IMG/VR virus record: IMGVR_UViG_3300045988_159115
Direction: 5' to 3' (one strand)
Source of the DNA: a virus
DNA length: 64,000 nucleotides
Below the pieces are notes generated by a model. It searched no databases and was not told the DNA's origin. It worked only from the letters and a program-made list of their open reading frames with translations. The stretch's first letter is position 1. The number at the start of each line of letters is the position of its first letter. Of this stretch, positions 24,344-32,268 are shown piece by piece. A program made the position numbers and the translations under genes.

Positions 24344-26449
24344 TTATTCCTCATCGTTGACTTCATCAATCACCGAATCAGAATCGGTGGACATTGCATG
24401 GTCCTCGATGAACCGTTCCGTAGAAGTGGTCTTCTTGAAGTATGCGTCAATGTAAGAAGGAGCGTTCTTGATCGTAACCAAGTTATCGCTCATCAACTGA
24501 CGCTTGATGTCCTGACCAGCAAAGCCGAGCAGAGGAGACTTATTGTGCTCGATTGCACGAGAGACGGTAAGAATCTTGTACTTACCAACCTCATCCTTCG
24601 TAAAATCAGGACGCTCAAAATCAACATCTGGATCCTTACGAATCAGACGACTGATGATCAGCTCACCAGACAGTGCAGTTGCACCAATCTTTGCATCAAG
24701 CAGAAGGTCGGTAAACTTCTGTGCCATCTCATGATAGTTGGACGTGACGTTCTGATCTGCTTTCGCCTTACTATTCAGAAGACTCATCAGAGAGTACAGC
24801 GGCTTCGTCAGCTCGTTGTTCATGATGACGATACTGAACAGAGTAGTCAGTTCATTCATCTCAGAGAAACGAGCATAACCACGACCCTTACGAACGAGAT
24901 CAATCAGGTCATCCGTCAAGAACAGCTCACGGTCTTCATCCGTAGAAATCCAGATAGACTCATGAGTTTTCATGTTCTGCACATAGAAGCCGCCGAGCAC
25001 GTAGCTGTTGAACGAAGAATCTTCGTCCAGTTCATCTGCTTTCTGAATGGAAGTAGGATCAATCCAAACTGCCCAGTCTTCAATATCGGGAATTGCGTCA
25101 TCCCCAATCTTCGGACTCACCTCGCCACAGTACAGCTTGAAGAAACGATTGAACTCTTCAGAGAAGTTGATCTTCTCAGATACCGTGGTAAGCAGATGCT
25201 TTGCAGACAGAATCATCTGGTTCACAACCTTAGTGAACTCCTCAACTTCAAAGCCAACGACGCCAGCAGAAATATCGAAGTTCATCGTAGACGTACGGCC
25301 AAAACAAACATGACACACTTCATCATGACACGAACAAGTAATCGGACTACGGAAATTAACCCAAGTACCAATCAACTGCGTATCCTTTCTTGCATTCACA
25401 AGACGGATTTCGCCATTTGCATCAACGTAGTACCGGTTGTTATACTTCTGAAGCATCTGAGGAGTTTTGATATAAATCTTCAGATAATGCTTCGTTCCAC
25501 AATCCGACACGGTCTTGGACAGAGACAAAGTACGTGCCAACAGAAGGACAAGCTTACCGAAATAGCCAGCATTGCCCATGACCTTCTTATTCATAATCAG
25601 AGATTTGCGAGCGCCCAATGCATCAATGTAATGAGAACTCGGTTTATCCAGACCACGAATCAGAGTAGAAGAGTTGATAGGAAGCGGGATGGTAATACCA
25701 GCAAGGTCAGGTTTCAAGCCCATATGAGCAGTGAACTCAACGAGCTGCTTGTGCTTAATGCCCGTATCCGCACGAAGAATCGTACCAACGGGATCATCCT
25801 TCCGAGATTTGATCTCAGCGATCAATCTCTTCTGAATATCAGCCAGAGAATCTTCAATCTCACTCGGCTGCATATCAAGCGGGAATCTGGTTTCCATCAG
25901 CTCACGAAGGGTAGGATCATCACGATACCAATGCAGGAACGTTTCACTGGACATCGTCAGACCCATAATCAGAGAGAAGTTGATCGAAATGCTTCGCAGA
26001 TCATGAAGCACATTCGAAATAGAGTTGTTGACTGTGGTATTTCGCACACTGTAATCTCTCAGTGCAGTGACGATTTTCTGATCAATGTAGTCCTTCAGAT
26101 GAGGAACTTCATTCCAGCAGTCAAAGATATAGTTTTCATCCATCTCGAAGTCCGTATCATACAGATTCACGAGAGGATGCCACATGAAAAGATTGATGAG
26201 AAAGTGACGCAGTTGAAGCGTATGAATCTTCTCATCACGGTTCTCTTTATAAAACTTGAAAGGCACCATATACTCACGGCAATCTTTCTTTTCAAAGCAC
26301 CCTTTTACGATCATGTAGATTTGATCAACCAGCGCACTATAATCTTCGTCGCACCTCATATAGTCGTTGATGAAATAAATTGGGCGTAAAAACGTCTTCA
26401 GTTCTTCAACGTCATGAATCTCAGGGACAATGTTGCTGTTGCTACTCAT
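24344..26449 (-). CDS. multisubunit RNA polymerase beta-prime subunit, C-terminal half (stand-alone gene)
   Basis: GLDKPSSHYIDALGARKSLIMNKKVMGNAGYFGKLVLLLARTLSLSKTVSDCGT aligns with the bacterial beta-prime bridge-helix region (G.....YFIS.HGARKGLADTALKTA.SGYLTRRLVDVAQD......DCGT). No NADFDGD motif is present, so the N-terminal half must be encoded elsewhere. Confidence 0.8.
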   Translation of the reverse strand: MSSNSNIVPEIHDVEELKTFLRPIYFINDYMRCDEDYSALVDQIYMIVKGCFEKKDCREYMVPFKFYKENRDEKIHTLQLRHFLINLFMWHPLVNLYDTDFEMDENYIFDCWNEVPHLKDYIDQKIVTALRDYSVRNTTVNNSISNVLHDLRSISINFSLIMGLTMSSETFLHWYRDDPTLRELMETRFPLDMQPSEIEDSLADIQKRLIAEIKSRKDDPVGTILRADTGIKHKQLVEFTAHMGLKPDLAGITIPLPINSSTLIRGLDKPSSHYIDALGARKSLIMNKKVMGNAGYFGKLVLLLARTLSLSKTVSDCGTKHYLKIYIKTPQMLQKYNNRYYVDANGEIRLVNARKDTQLIGTWVNFRSPITCSCHDEVCHVCFGRTSTMNFDISAGVVGFEVEEFTKVVNQMILSAKHLLTTVSEKINFSEEFNRFFKLYCGEVSPKIGDDAIPDIEDWAVWIDPTSIQKADELDEDSSFNSYVLGGFYVQNMKTHESIWISTDEDRELFLTDDLIDLVRKGRGYARFSEMNELTTLFSIVIMNNELTKPLYSLMSLLNSKAKADQNVTSNYHEMAQKFTDLLLDAKIGATALSGELIISRLIRKDPDVDFERPDFTKDEVGKYKILTVSRAIEHNKSPLLGFAGQDIKRQLMSDNLVTIKNAPSYIDAYFKKTTSTERFIEDHAMSTDSDSVIDEVNDEE

Positions 26450-26648
26450 AAATTCACTTCAGTCCTTTCAATGATTTCTCATGGGTTATGTGTCTGTAAC
26501 CTAACCCATTCTTTTCTAATGAATACGTACTACATATTATAATCCTCCTTTAATAAGCATCGAATATATAATATATAATCATAAAGAATTATAAGATAGA
26601 ACAAATAGGTATCGCTTAGATAGGCGATAAGATAAGTATATAATATGC

Positions 26649-26736
26649 GTCACCGTGGTGGAATTTTGGCAGACACGTAGCTCTGAGGCGGCTATCCGTT
26701 TAATTATGGGTCCCGGTTCAAGCCCGGGCGGTGACA
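26649..26736 (+). tRNA. tRNA-Leu: tRNA-Leu (anticodon GAG), class II
   Basis: Acceptor gtcaccg/cggtgac, anticodon stem tagct/ggcta with loop cTGAGgc, 17-nt variable arm, T arm cccgg-ttcaagc-ccggg, discriminator A. No encoded CCA. Confidence 0.8.
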
Positions 26737-26741
26737 CTCAC

Positions 26742-26819
26742 GCTAGATTAGCTCAGTTGGCAGAGCGATTGATTTGTAATCAATAGGTTCCTAGGGTTCG
26801 AGCCCCTAATCTAGCTCCA
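26742..26819 (+). tRNA. tRNA-Thr: tRNA-Thr (anticodon UGU), CCA encoded
   Basis: Acceptor gctagat/atctagc, D arm gctc-agttggca-gagc, anticodon arm attga-ttTGTaa-tcaat, T arm taggg-ttcgagc-cccta. By my fold the variable region is unusually long (7 nt). Confidence 0.7.
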
Positions 26820-26820
26820 A

Positions 26821-26860
26821 AAAATACCAGGTGGATAGATAATATTCTACCTGGTATTTT
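26821..26860 (+). terminator. intrinsic terminator after the tRNA-Leu/Thr pair
   Basis: Stem aaaataccaggt / acctggtatttt, followed by TTATT. Confidence 0.75.
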
Positions 26861-26910
26861 TATTCATTTAAATGCAATAGACGATTTATAATAAATTATA
26901 AATCTATAAC

Positions 26911-26920
26911 TATATTATAT
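26911..26920 (+). promoter_or_regulatory. TATATTATAT box immediately upstream of tRNA-Ser
   Basis: Exact 10-mer also present upstream of 42800 (+) and 13052 (-). Lies 8 nt before the mature tRNA 5' end. Confidence 0.3.
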
Positions 26921-26927
26921 CATATAT

Positions 26928-27019
26928 GCCAGTGTGGTGGAGTTGGTCGAACACACCGGTCCTGAAAACCGGCATACGCTAATAACGTATCCTCGGATCG
27001 TACCCGAGCGCTGGCGCCA
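26928..27019 (+). tRNA. tRNA-Ser: class II tRNA, best read as tRNA-Ser (anticodon UGA) with C at position 33; CCA encoded
   Basis: Acceptor gccagtg/cgctggc, anticodon arm ccggt-ccTGAaa-accgg, variable arm with 5-bp stem atacg/cgtat, T arm ctcgg-atcgtac-ccgag, discriminator G. Confidence 0.6.
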
Positions 27020-27020
27020 T

Positions 27021-27047
27021 AGAGGATGACAACATCCTCTCATTTTT
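27021..27047 (+). terminator. intrinsic terminator after tRNA-Ser
   Basis: Stem agaggatg / catcctct, followed by CATTTTTG. Confidence 0.7.
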
Positions 27048-27144
27048 GATATCACCGTGACAGTAATCTTCATTGTTGTGTCATGGATTGGACATATATT
27101 TGACCTCCTAAAAATCAGATACTTTCACCTACCATATCTTCTGC

Positions 27145-27172
27145 TTGACCTGGATGTGGTAGGTGTTAGTAT
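27145..27172 (+). promoter_or_regulatory. sigma-70-like promoter candidate for tRNA-Gln
   Basis: TTGACC (27145-50), 16-nt spacer, TAGTAT (27167-72), then 8 nt to the tRNA 5' end. Confidence 0.35.
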
Positions 27173-27180
27173 CCCAATAA

Positions 27181-27254
27181 TGAGGCGTAGGCCAATGGTA
27201 AGCCAGTGTTCTTTGAAAGCACTGAATCCGGATCGTAACCGGGCGCCTCAGCCA
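27181..27254 (+). tRNA. tRNA-Gln: tRNA-Gln (anticodon UUG), CCA encoded
   Basis: Acceptor tgaggcg/cgcctca (U1-A72, discriminator G), D arm ggc-caatggtaa-gcc, anticodon arm gtgtt-ctTTGaa-agcac, T arm tccgg-atcgtaa-ccggg. Confidence 0.8.
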
Positions 27255-27262
27255 ATAAACGT

Positions 27263-27307
27263 AATATACCCTATACTGGATGAAATACTCTCAGTATAGG
27301 GTATATT
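27263..27307 (+). terminator. stem-loop/terminator after tRNA-Gln
   Basis: 16-bp stem aatataccctatactg / cagtatagggtatatt, followed by ATTCT. Confidence 0.6.
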
Positions 27308-27381
27308 ATTCTGCTAAGTGGTTCACAAACACTTAACGACGTTTCACTATTATTCTTACCAAAGAAAGGAAATGTAAACTT

Positions 27382-27903
27382 ATGATGTACGTTGCTAACT
27401 TCCAAAGAATCAGTGATCATGCATGGGATGAAATTCGTCGTAATACGGAAGACGGCTATGAGCGTCTTTGCCGTTACGACGAGATCAAACTTCCTACTCG
27501 TGCAACGAAGGACAGTGCAGGATTTGACTTCTATCTGACCGAAGATATCTCCCTGAAGAGCGGTAAATCTATTGTCATCAACACTGGCGTTCGTTGCAAG
27601 ATTGATCCGGGTTGGATGTTGATGCTGTGCCCTAAGAGTGGGCTCGGCTTTAAGTTCCACATGAGTCTTGCAAATACCGTAGGAATCGTGGATGGCGATT
27701 ATTACAACACTCATTGTGAAGGTCCTTCTGACGAGGGTCATATCATGGTGAAGATCTATAATGGCGGAGAATACGGAAAAGAAATCAACCTGAAGAAAGG
27801 TGATAAGTTCTGCCAAGGCATCTTCCTCCAGTATGGTCTTGCATATACTACAGATACTGAGTATGTAACTCGGAATGGTGGTTTTGGCTCTACTGGTCGA
27901 TAA
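27382..27903 (+). CDS. dut: dUTP diphosphatase (trimeric dUTPase)
   Basis: All five dUTPase motifs are present: AGFDFY, PKSGLG, GIVDGDYY, KFCQGIF, RNGGFGSTGR. Confidence 0.95.
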   Translation: MMYVANFQRISDHAWDEIRRNTEDGYERLCRYDEIKLPTRATKDSAGFDFYLTEDISLKSGKSIVINTGVRCKIDPGWMLMLCPKSGLGFKFHMSLANTVGIVDGDYYNTHCEGPSDEGHIMVKIYNGGEYGKEINLKKGDKFCQGIFLQYGLAYTTDTEYVTRNGGFGSTGR

Positions 27904-27915
27904 GGAGGAATTCCC

Positions 27916-28365
27916 ATGCAAAAAGAAAAAGGGTATGAAGACAAGAAGCCTTGTTATTGCGGGTTTTCGGAGTGCATGTTTCATGATCAGGGAACCATAG
28001 ATGATGATGGTATGGTTGGCATTGAAATGTGCCGCCTCGGAATGTATGAGATTCCCGAAAATGAAATCAAGAATGCTTGCCTTCATGGATACATTTACGG
28101 GAAATGTCCCTTCTACGTTGATTGGGTGAATTCTCTTACTAAGAATAAACTCACAATGGCTGGTATGAGAAATGCATGTCAGATCCTCCTGAAGCGAATC
28201 AAAGAACACCCTGAGGATTTCATCACACAGTTCCTTGGTGTTAAGGCGAACTTCGCTGAGAAGCTTGTATTAAAGCATCTTGCCAATAAAGCGTTGGATA
28301 AGAAATATAACGACTTTATTGCAAATAGTAGAAAAGAGGGAAACGACAATGACAAATCAAAATAA
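27916..28365 (+). CDS. Cys-rich protein, tandem paralog 1
   Basis: 149 aa, SD AGGAGG. CYCGFSECMFH...C...C..GKCPFYV, then LLKRIKEHPEDFITQFLG. Confidence 0.8.
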   Translation: MQKEKGYEDKKPCYCGFSECMFHDQGTIDDDGMVGIEMCRLGMYEIPENEIKNACLHGYIYGKCPFYVDWVNSLTKNKLTMAGMRNACQILLKRIKEHPEDFITQFLGVKANFAEKLVLKHLANKALDKKYNDFIANSRKEGNDNDKSK

Positions 28366-28750
28366 TCAGCCGGAACTCATTCCTACCACTTGTCTGTGTG
28401 ATGAATGCCTTTTTCATATCAAGCGAAAAAACGACGATCATCAATATTGCAAGTATAATCTCTATCCGTATCGAACGGATAATATCGAAGCTACTCTGTC
28501 CTATCATCGTTGTGCAGAATGCCCTCTTTACATCAACCGAAATAAAGAAGCTCACGATGATCGTAGCTCTCGTCGTCTCCGTTCTTACACCACAAAGCTT
28601 CTGGAACGTATCAAGAAGCATCCCGATGACTTTGCTATCCAGTTCCTCGGATTTGAGGATTTCCCGAAGGAACCTCCTAAGTCTCTGAACCGTCTCGAGC
28701 TCTATTTCTACAAAAGAATTCAAAAGAAGAATCCCCATCCGAAAAAGTAA
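28349..28750 (+). CDS. Cys-rich protein, tandem paralog 2
   Basis: The ATG at 28349 (MTNQNNQ) follows AAGAGGGA and overlaps the end of paralog 1 by 17 nt. CLCDECLFH...C...HRCAECPLYI, then LLERIKKHPDDFAIQFLG. Confidence 0.75.
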   Translation: MTNQNNQPELIPTTCLCDECLFHIKRKNDDHQYCKYNLYPYRTDNIEATLSYHRCAECPLYINRNKEAHDDRSSRRLRSYTTKLLERIKKHPDDFAIQFLGFEDFPKEPPKSLNRLELYFYKRIQKKNPHPKK

Positions 28751-28751
28751 A

Positions 28752-28796
28752 AGAAAGCACCAATGAAGAAAAAATAAATCTTCATTGGTGCTTTCT
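28752..28796. terminator. bidirectional terminator between convergent genes
   Basis: 17-bp stem agaaagcaccaatgaag / cttcattggtgctttct. Confidence 0.8.
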
Positions 28797-28797
28797 A

Positions 28798-29628
28798 TCA
28801 CAGTGCAATTGCAACGACAATAAGAGCAAGTGTTGCAAACGGATGTTTTGCCATAGTACGAAGAATTGCTTTGATAACTGATGAAAGTTGATTGCAGAAT
28901 CCAATAATTGCAGAATTCTTCATGGAGAAAAGACTTGCATCCTTATCACTCAGGTCAACATAGGAAGTTCCCATATCTCGCTTATGATATTCGCTCTTCA
29001 TATCAGAGATCATTTTGTCTCCATATGCATGAGCGAGCTTCAAGTTCTTCTTATAGTTCTGGGCCTCATCTTCTGTCATATGAATTGCAGAATTCACAGA
29101 GACAGAGAGTTTCCACTGCTCTTCGTCTGTCAGCTTATAGTTGAAATCAGCAAGATCGTTCTGCATCTTATCTCGCCACTCTTCATACTCTTCAAATGAC
29201 TTAAATTCCCGAGCACTCATCTTCTTGATCTCAGCAGTATATCGGTCAATAAAGTCAGTATAAAACTTCTTATACTTGGCCATATCGAAAATGCTGATAT
29301 TATGATTAAGAAGCTCGGAACGATCTTTTGCCATGACAGACTTAATTTCGGCAAGACGCTCATTCAGCTTCTTTGCTTCGATCCGAGCACTCATCTCGGT
29401 AATCAAGTTGGTTGTAAAATCTGACAGAGCATCCAGAATCTTCTGAATCGCCGAAATAAATGCTTCGCGAAGATCTTCAGCATCTTCAGTATATACTGAC
29501 ATGTAGTCAAAGTCATCACAGTGCTCATAATATGAAATCAGGAACTGTGAGTTCGCAGCTTCAAATTCTGCAACAGCTTTTTCGCAATCCAGATCAAATT
29601 TCTTTGAACTGATCAAATATGCATTCAT
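28798..29628 (-). CDS. helical paralog family member F (isolated copy)
   Basis: The ATG at 29628 (MNAYLIS) has better spacing from AAAGGAG than the ATG at 29637. N-terminus FDLDCEKAVAEFEAANSQFLISYYEH, signature AFISAIQKILDALSDFTTNLITEM, C-terminal AKHPFATLALIVVAIAL. Confidence 0.85.
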   Translation of the reverse strand: MNAYLISSKKFDLDCEKAVAEFEAANSQFLISYYEHCDDFDYMSVYTEDAEDLREAFISAIQKILDALSDFTTNLITEMSARIEAKKLNERLAEIKSVMAKDRSELLNHNISIFDMAKYKKFYTDFIDRYTAEIKKMSAREFKSFEEYEEWRDKMQNDLADFNYKLTDEEQWKLSVSVNSAIHMTEDEAQNYKKNLKLAHAYGDKMISDMKSEYHKRDMGTSYVDLSDKDASLFSMKNSAIIGFCNQLSSVIKAILRTMAKHPFATLALIVVAIAL

Positions 29629-29659
29629 CTTGATCATCTCCTTTACTATAGAGTTACTA

Positions 29660-29687
29660 GAGGCTTAATGGTTTGTTTTCTGACCAT
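29660..29687 (-). promoter_or_regulatory. candidate phage promoter, class I
   Basis: Minus-sense ATGGTCAGAAAACAAACCATTAAGCCTC, directly after terminator 29701-29738 and ~40 nt upstream of the start codon. Confidence 0.55.
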
Positions 29688-29700
29688 ATGCTTACAAAAA

Positions 29701-29738
29701 ATAACCAGCACACGTTTTTGAATTCGTGTGCTGGTTAT
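29701..29738 (-). terminator. intrinsic terminator after 29751..30122
   Basis: Stem ataaccagcacacg / cgtgtgctggttat. Minus strand continues TTTTTTG. Confidence 0.85.
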
Positions 29739-29750
29739 TATTACCACTGA

Positions 29751-30122
29751 TTACCAGTTGTTGCTGTTGTGGTCAGCCAACTGACGGTTGACCTTTTCCA
29801 TGAAGCTGACGGTGAGCGAGAACAGATATCCCGCCTCATTGTTACGCATGTCCTTGATGCTCATGGAGATGTTGCTGTCAAGATCAATCTGATAGGCGAT
29901 ATCAGATGCAGGGTCGGTGAAGATCACCAGCTTATCCGACAGCGTCTTGTTCTGAGAACGCAGAGTGACCTTCTTGCCTCTCACATTACGTTCCTTGTTG
30001 GAAGAACGGAGCTTCGAGATGGGGTCAATGCCGAGGATAAGCATTGCAGTGCCATCCTTCATCATCCACACCTGGCTCATGGCGTAACGCTCAACGTCGT
30101 TGTACTTTTCGGTTAATAACAT
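29751..30122 (-). CDS. hypothetical protein
   Basis: 123 aa, SD AAAGGAG. G/C-ending codon preference. Confidence 0.75.
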   Translation of the reverse strand: MLLTEKYNDVERYAMSQVWMMKDGTAMLILGIDPISKLRSSNKERNVRGKKVTLRSQNKTLSDKLVIFTDPASDIAYQIDLDSNISMSIKDMRNNEAGYLFSLTVSFMEKVNRQLADHNSNNW

Positions 30123-30150
30123 AATACTTTCTCCTTTGTGTTTTTATGGG

Positions 30151-30846
30151 TTAAAAGAATCCGTTCAGGCTTTTCTTCCATTCCGGATGCTCATCGAAAC
30201 ACCTGCGTGCAGTCAAATCATGCAGCGCTAAGATATCGTTTGTATAGAAATAGGTAAAGAGAGCGTAATACTTATCTTCATCATTTCTAAGGATTGGATA
30301 TTTCTTCCTCTTGTAAAACTTCTGTTTCCAATGGCCACAAGTATATTGAGTCTCGGTATCCATCGTCTCAATCTCGCTACCAGATACGATAAAGATACGC
30401 TTCTTTGGAATAGACAGAACCAATACACAGGCATCGTCGTCAGTCAGTTCCGTATCATGGTACCAGTCACACGTGAACTGGTTGTCAACAGGTCTACCGA
30501 CGATTCCAACGAATGGGAACGGATATACTACTGCAGGATCAACAGGTCTCCGAATTGGGTGACTGAGATTGTGAAGGAGCTGCCTTATATCCACGTAGCA
30601 ATAATGTGGCAGTCGCTTAGGTCCTTCCGGCTTCACAGGATTATAGTAACGATGAAAGAATTCTCTAGAATTACCAGTGCTGAACTTCTGTAGAGCATTT
30701 GGATCACCTAGAGAAGACATTACTGCGCCTTGTATCTTCTTAGAAACCGGGAGATACACAATCACTCGGTTTGCGCGCTTCCACCACATACCGAGATAAA
30801 ATCCAAGATAAATTGCAAGGATAATCCATATTACATGGAGAATCAT
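30151..30846 (-). CDS. membrane-anchored hypothetical protein
   Basis: The ATG at 30846 (MILHVIWIILAIYLGFYLGMWW) follows GAAAGGAAG; the listed start is a GTG. Confidence 0.75.
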   Translation of the reverse strand: MILHVIWIILAIYLGFYLGMWWKRANRVIVYLPVSKKIQGAVMSSLGDPNALQKFSTGNSREFFHRYYNPVKPEGPKRLPHYCYVDIRQLLHNLSHPIRRPVDPAVVYPFPFVGIVGRPVDNQFTCDWYHDTELTDDDACVLVLSIPKKRIFIVSGSEIETMDTETQYTCGHWKQKFYKRKKYPILRNDEDKYYALFTYFYTNDILALHDLTARRCFDEHPEWKKSLNGFF

Positions 30847-30894
30847 TGGGGTCACTTCCTTTCTTCGTATTAGAAATACGTTGAAAGGTCACTC

Positions 30895-31164
30895 TCAATC
30901 AAAAATCTCAGACCAATCCGGATTATCGCTGGAAGCAATCGCACGGATCGTCTCGTACGTATAGGTCTTAGTTCCTTTCACAAAATAAGTCCCGCCATAC
31001 TTATCGCAATGAACTTCATAGCCAGCGGAACGCATCTCATCTGTCAGATGCTCCTTCGCAAGCGTAGCCAAATCATGGCCATACTTCCAATTCTTATACA
31101 GAGCAACTCCAGCCGATCCAAGAATTACCGCAGTTCCAATAGAATAAGCATTCAATTCAATCAT
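30895..31164 (-). CDS. small single-pass membrane protein
   Basis: The ATG at 31164 (MIELNAYSIGTAVILGSAGVALY) sits 9 nt after AAAGAGG; the listed start is a TTG. Confidence 0.65.
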   Translation of the reverse strand: MIELNAYSIGTAVILGSAGVALYKNWKYGHDLATLAKEHLTDEMRSAGYEVHCDKYGGTYFVKGTKTYTYETIRAIASSDNPDWSEIFD

Positions 31165-31178
31165 AGCATTATACCTCT

Positions 31179-31610
31179 TTATGCATTCCAAGATTTAAAT
31201 TCGTATTCCCAGTAGTAGTCACTCTTCATATTCCGATTATTCAGAACGACTTGATACGCGTTGTGAAAAGTGATCTTAAAATGACGCTTACTGATCCACA
31301 TCCAATTAGAGTTCTCATATCTGAGTTTCCAACCGTAGAATCTCAGGTACTTATAGAGATAATAGTACGCATAGTATCTGTGGTAGTTTCGTCCTCCAAT
31401 CTCTTTATCTTTACCGGATTCAACATCCAACCAGAGATAATACCAATCTCCGTCAGATAAATCTTTATAGTTGTCACCTTCATCTCTGCGGAATGAATAC
31501 TTGATCCAAATATCAAAAATCGGATCAATGAGAAGAAGTGCTAGGCTGCAGAGGAACAGGAGAGCTGCTGAAATGAATATAAGGAGTCTTCCAAAATCGT
31601 ATGATGTCAT
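31179..31610 (-). CDS. small single-pass membrane protein
   Basis: 143 aa, SD GAGGAG. The ATG overlaps the upstream stop (ATGA). N-terminus LLIFISAALLFLCSLALLLI. Confidence 0.7.
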   Translation of the reverse strand: MTSYDFGRLLIFISAALLFLCSLALLLIDPIFDIWIKYSFRRDEGDNYKDLSDGDWYYLWLDVESGKDKEIGGRNYHRYYAYYYLYKYLRFYGWKLRYENSNWMWISKRHFKITFHNAYQVVLNNRNMKSDYYWEYEFKSWNA

Positions 31611-31912
31611 TTTTCAAACTCCTCAAGCATTTTATTTAACTCAGAAAAGGAAAGGCCATGATCAAGATCCAGAATCCACTTACGCAAATACCTGTAACTC
31701 ATGCATTTCCCAGTCGGACTAATCCATCTGAGGGTGAAAAACGAACCTTTCTGGGTCCATCCTTCACGACTCCTAAGATATAGCCCGACGTATTTCATGA
31801 CGTCTTTGTCCTTCGATGTATAGCCCATGCATTCAAGAACTGTCGGAGCAATGAATTTACCAATGATCGCGCCGACTATAAAACCGATGAGCATCGAGTA
31901 TAAGCCTGTCAT
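31607..31912 (-). CDS. small single-pass membrane protein
   Basis: 101 aa, SD GAAAGGAAG. ATGA overlap with the upstream gene. N-terminus LYSMLIGFIVGAIIGKFI. Confidence 0.7.
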   Translation of the reverse strand: MTGLYSMLIGFIVGAIIGKFIAPTVLECMGYTSKDKDVMKYVGLYLRSREGWTQKGSFFTLRWISPTGKCMSYRYLRKWILDLDHGLSFSELNKMLEEFEK

Positions 31913-32268
31913 TTGTCTTCGCTTCCTTTCTTCTTTATTTCTTCTTCGATGAAGTTATTCATCTCCTGAAAGGCAAGTCTTTCTGGGATAATCTCATCGC
32001 CTTTCTTATAGTAGACATTGCCACGCCTTATGAAATATTCGTATCCCTTTTTCTCCATAAACTCGCAGAAAGACAGTCTCGCTGTGACCATCAAGAGATA
32101 CTTTTTCACTCCCATCTTACGGACATTGATGATGACTGCAATAAGAATGAGGATACCTTTCAAAACCTTACTCAAAATCCAAATAGCGGCCCAGGCACAT
32201 GCTACAACAAACATGAGCCTGAGCCATGATGGTGCTGTACGATAGCCATTCATGACCAGGTTAATCAT
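31909..32268 (-). CDS. small membrane protein (start uncertain)
   Basis: ORF is open to 32325. The ATGs at 32280, 32268 and 32253 are all possible; 32268 has the best spacing from GAAAGG. Hydrophobic LMFVVACAWAAIWILSKVLKGILILIAVII. Confidence 0.6.
   Translation of the reverse strand: MINLVMNGYRTAPSWLRLMFVVACAWAAIWILSKVLKGILILIAVIINVRKMGVKKYLLMVTARLSFCEFMEKKGYEYFIRRGNVYYKKGDEIIPERLAFQEMNNFIEEEIKKKGSEDK

Noticed and set aside
24398-26389. 663-aa plus-strand ORF antisense to the RNAP beta-prime gene. Similar long antisense ORFs: 1850..2899, 6992..8128, 18374..19300, 32853..33758, 35879..36763, 43466..44617, 58358..59479, 62407..63396.
   Set aside because: They have no SD, low-complexity Ile/Leu/Arg/His-rich translations and no motifs, and they lie opposite genes with clear motifs or SDs. 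They are shadow ORFs caused by avoidance of TTA/CTA/TCA codons on the sense strand.
26928-27019. Reading the class II tRNA as tRNA-Phe (GAA) by shifting the anticodon loop register so that T is at position 33.
   Set aside because: It would require breaking the perfect 5-bp anticodon stem ccggt/accgg. The long variable arm and G73 fit Ser, not Phe.
27057-27299. 80-aa plus-strand ORF spanning the tRNA-Gln locus.
   Set aside because: It overlaps a well-folding tRNA and its terminator, and it has no SD.
27382-27903. Idea that the phage has uracil-containing DNA like AR9/PBS1, because of the AR9-like promoter core.
   Set aside because: The phage encodes an apparently intact dUTPase, which would counteract dUTP incorporation. 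Nothing in the window, such as a uracil-DNA-glycosylase inhibitor, supports dU-DNA. The question is left open.
27271-28209. 312-aa minus-strand ORF overlapping the dUTPase and the first Cys-rich gene.
   Set aside because: The plus strand encodes a dUTPase with all five motifs and good SDs. The minus ORF has no SD and a non-protein-like sequence.
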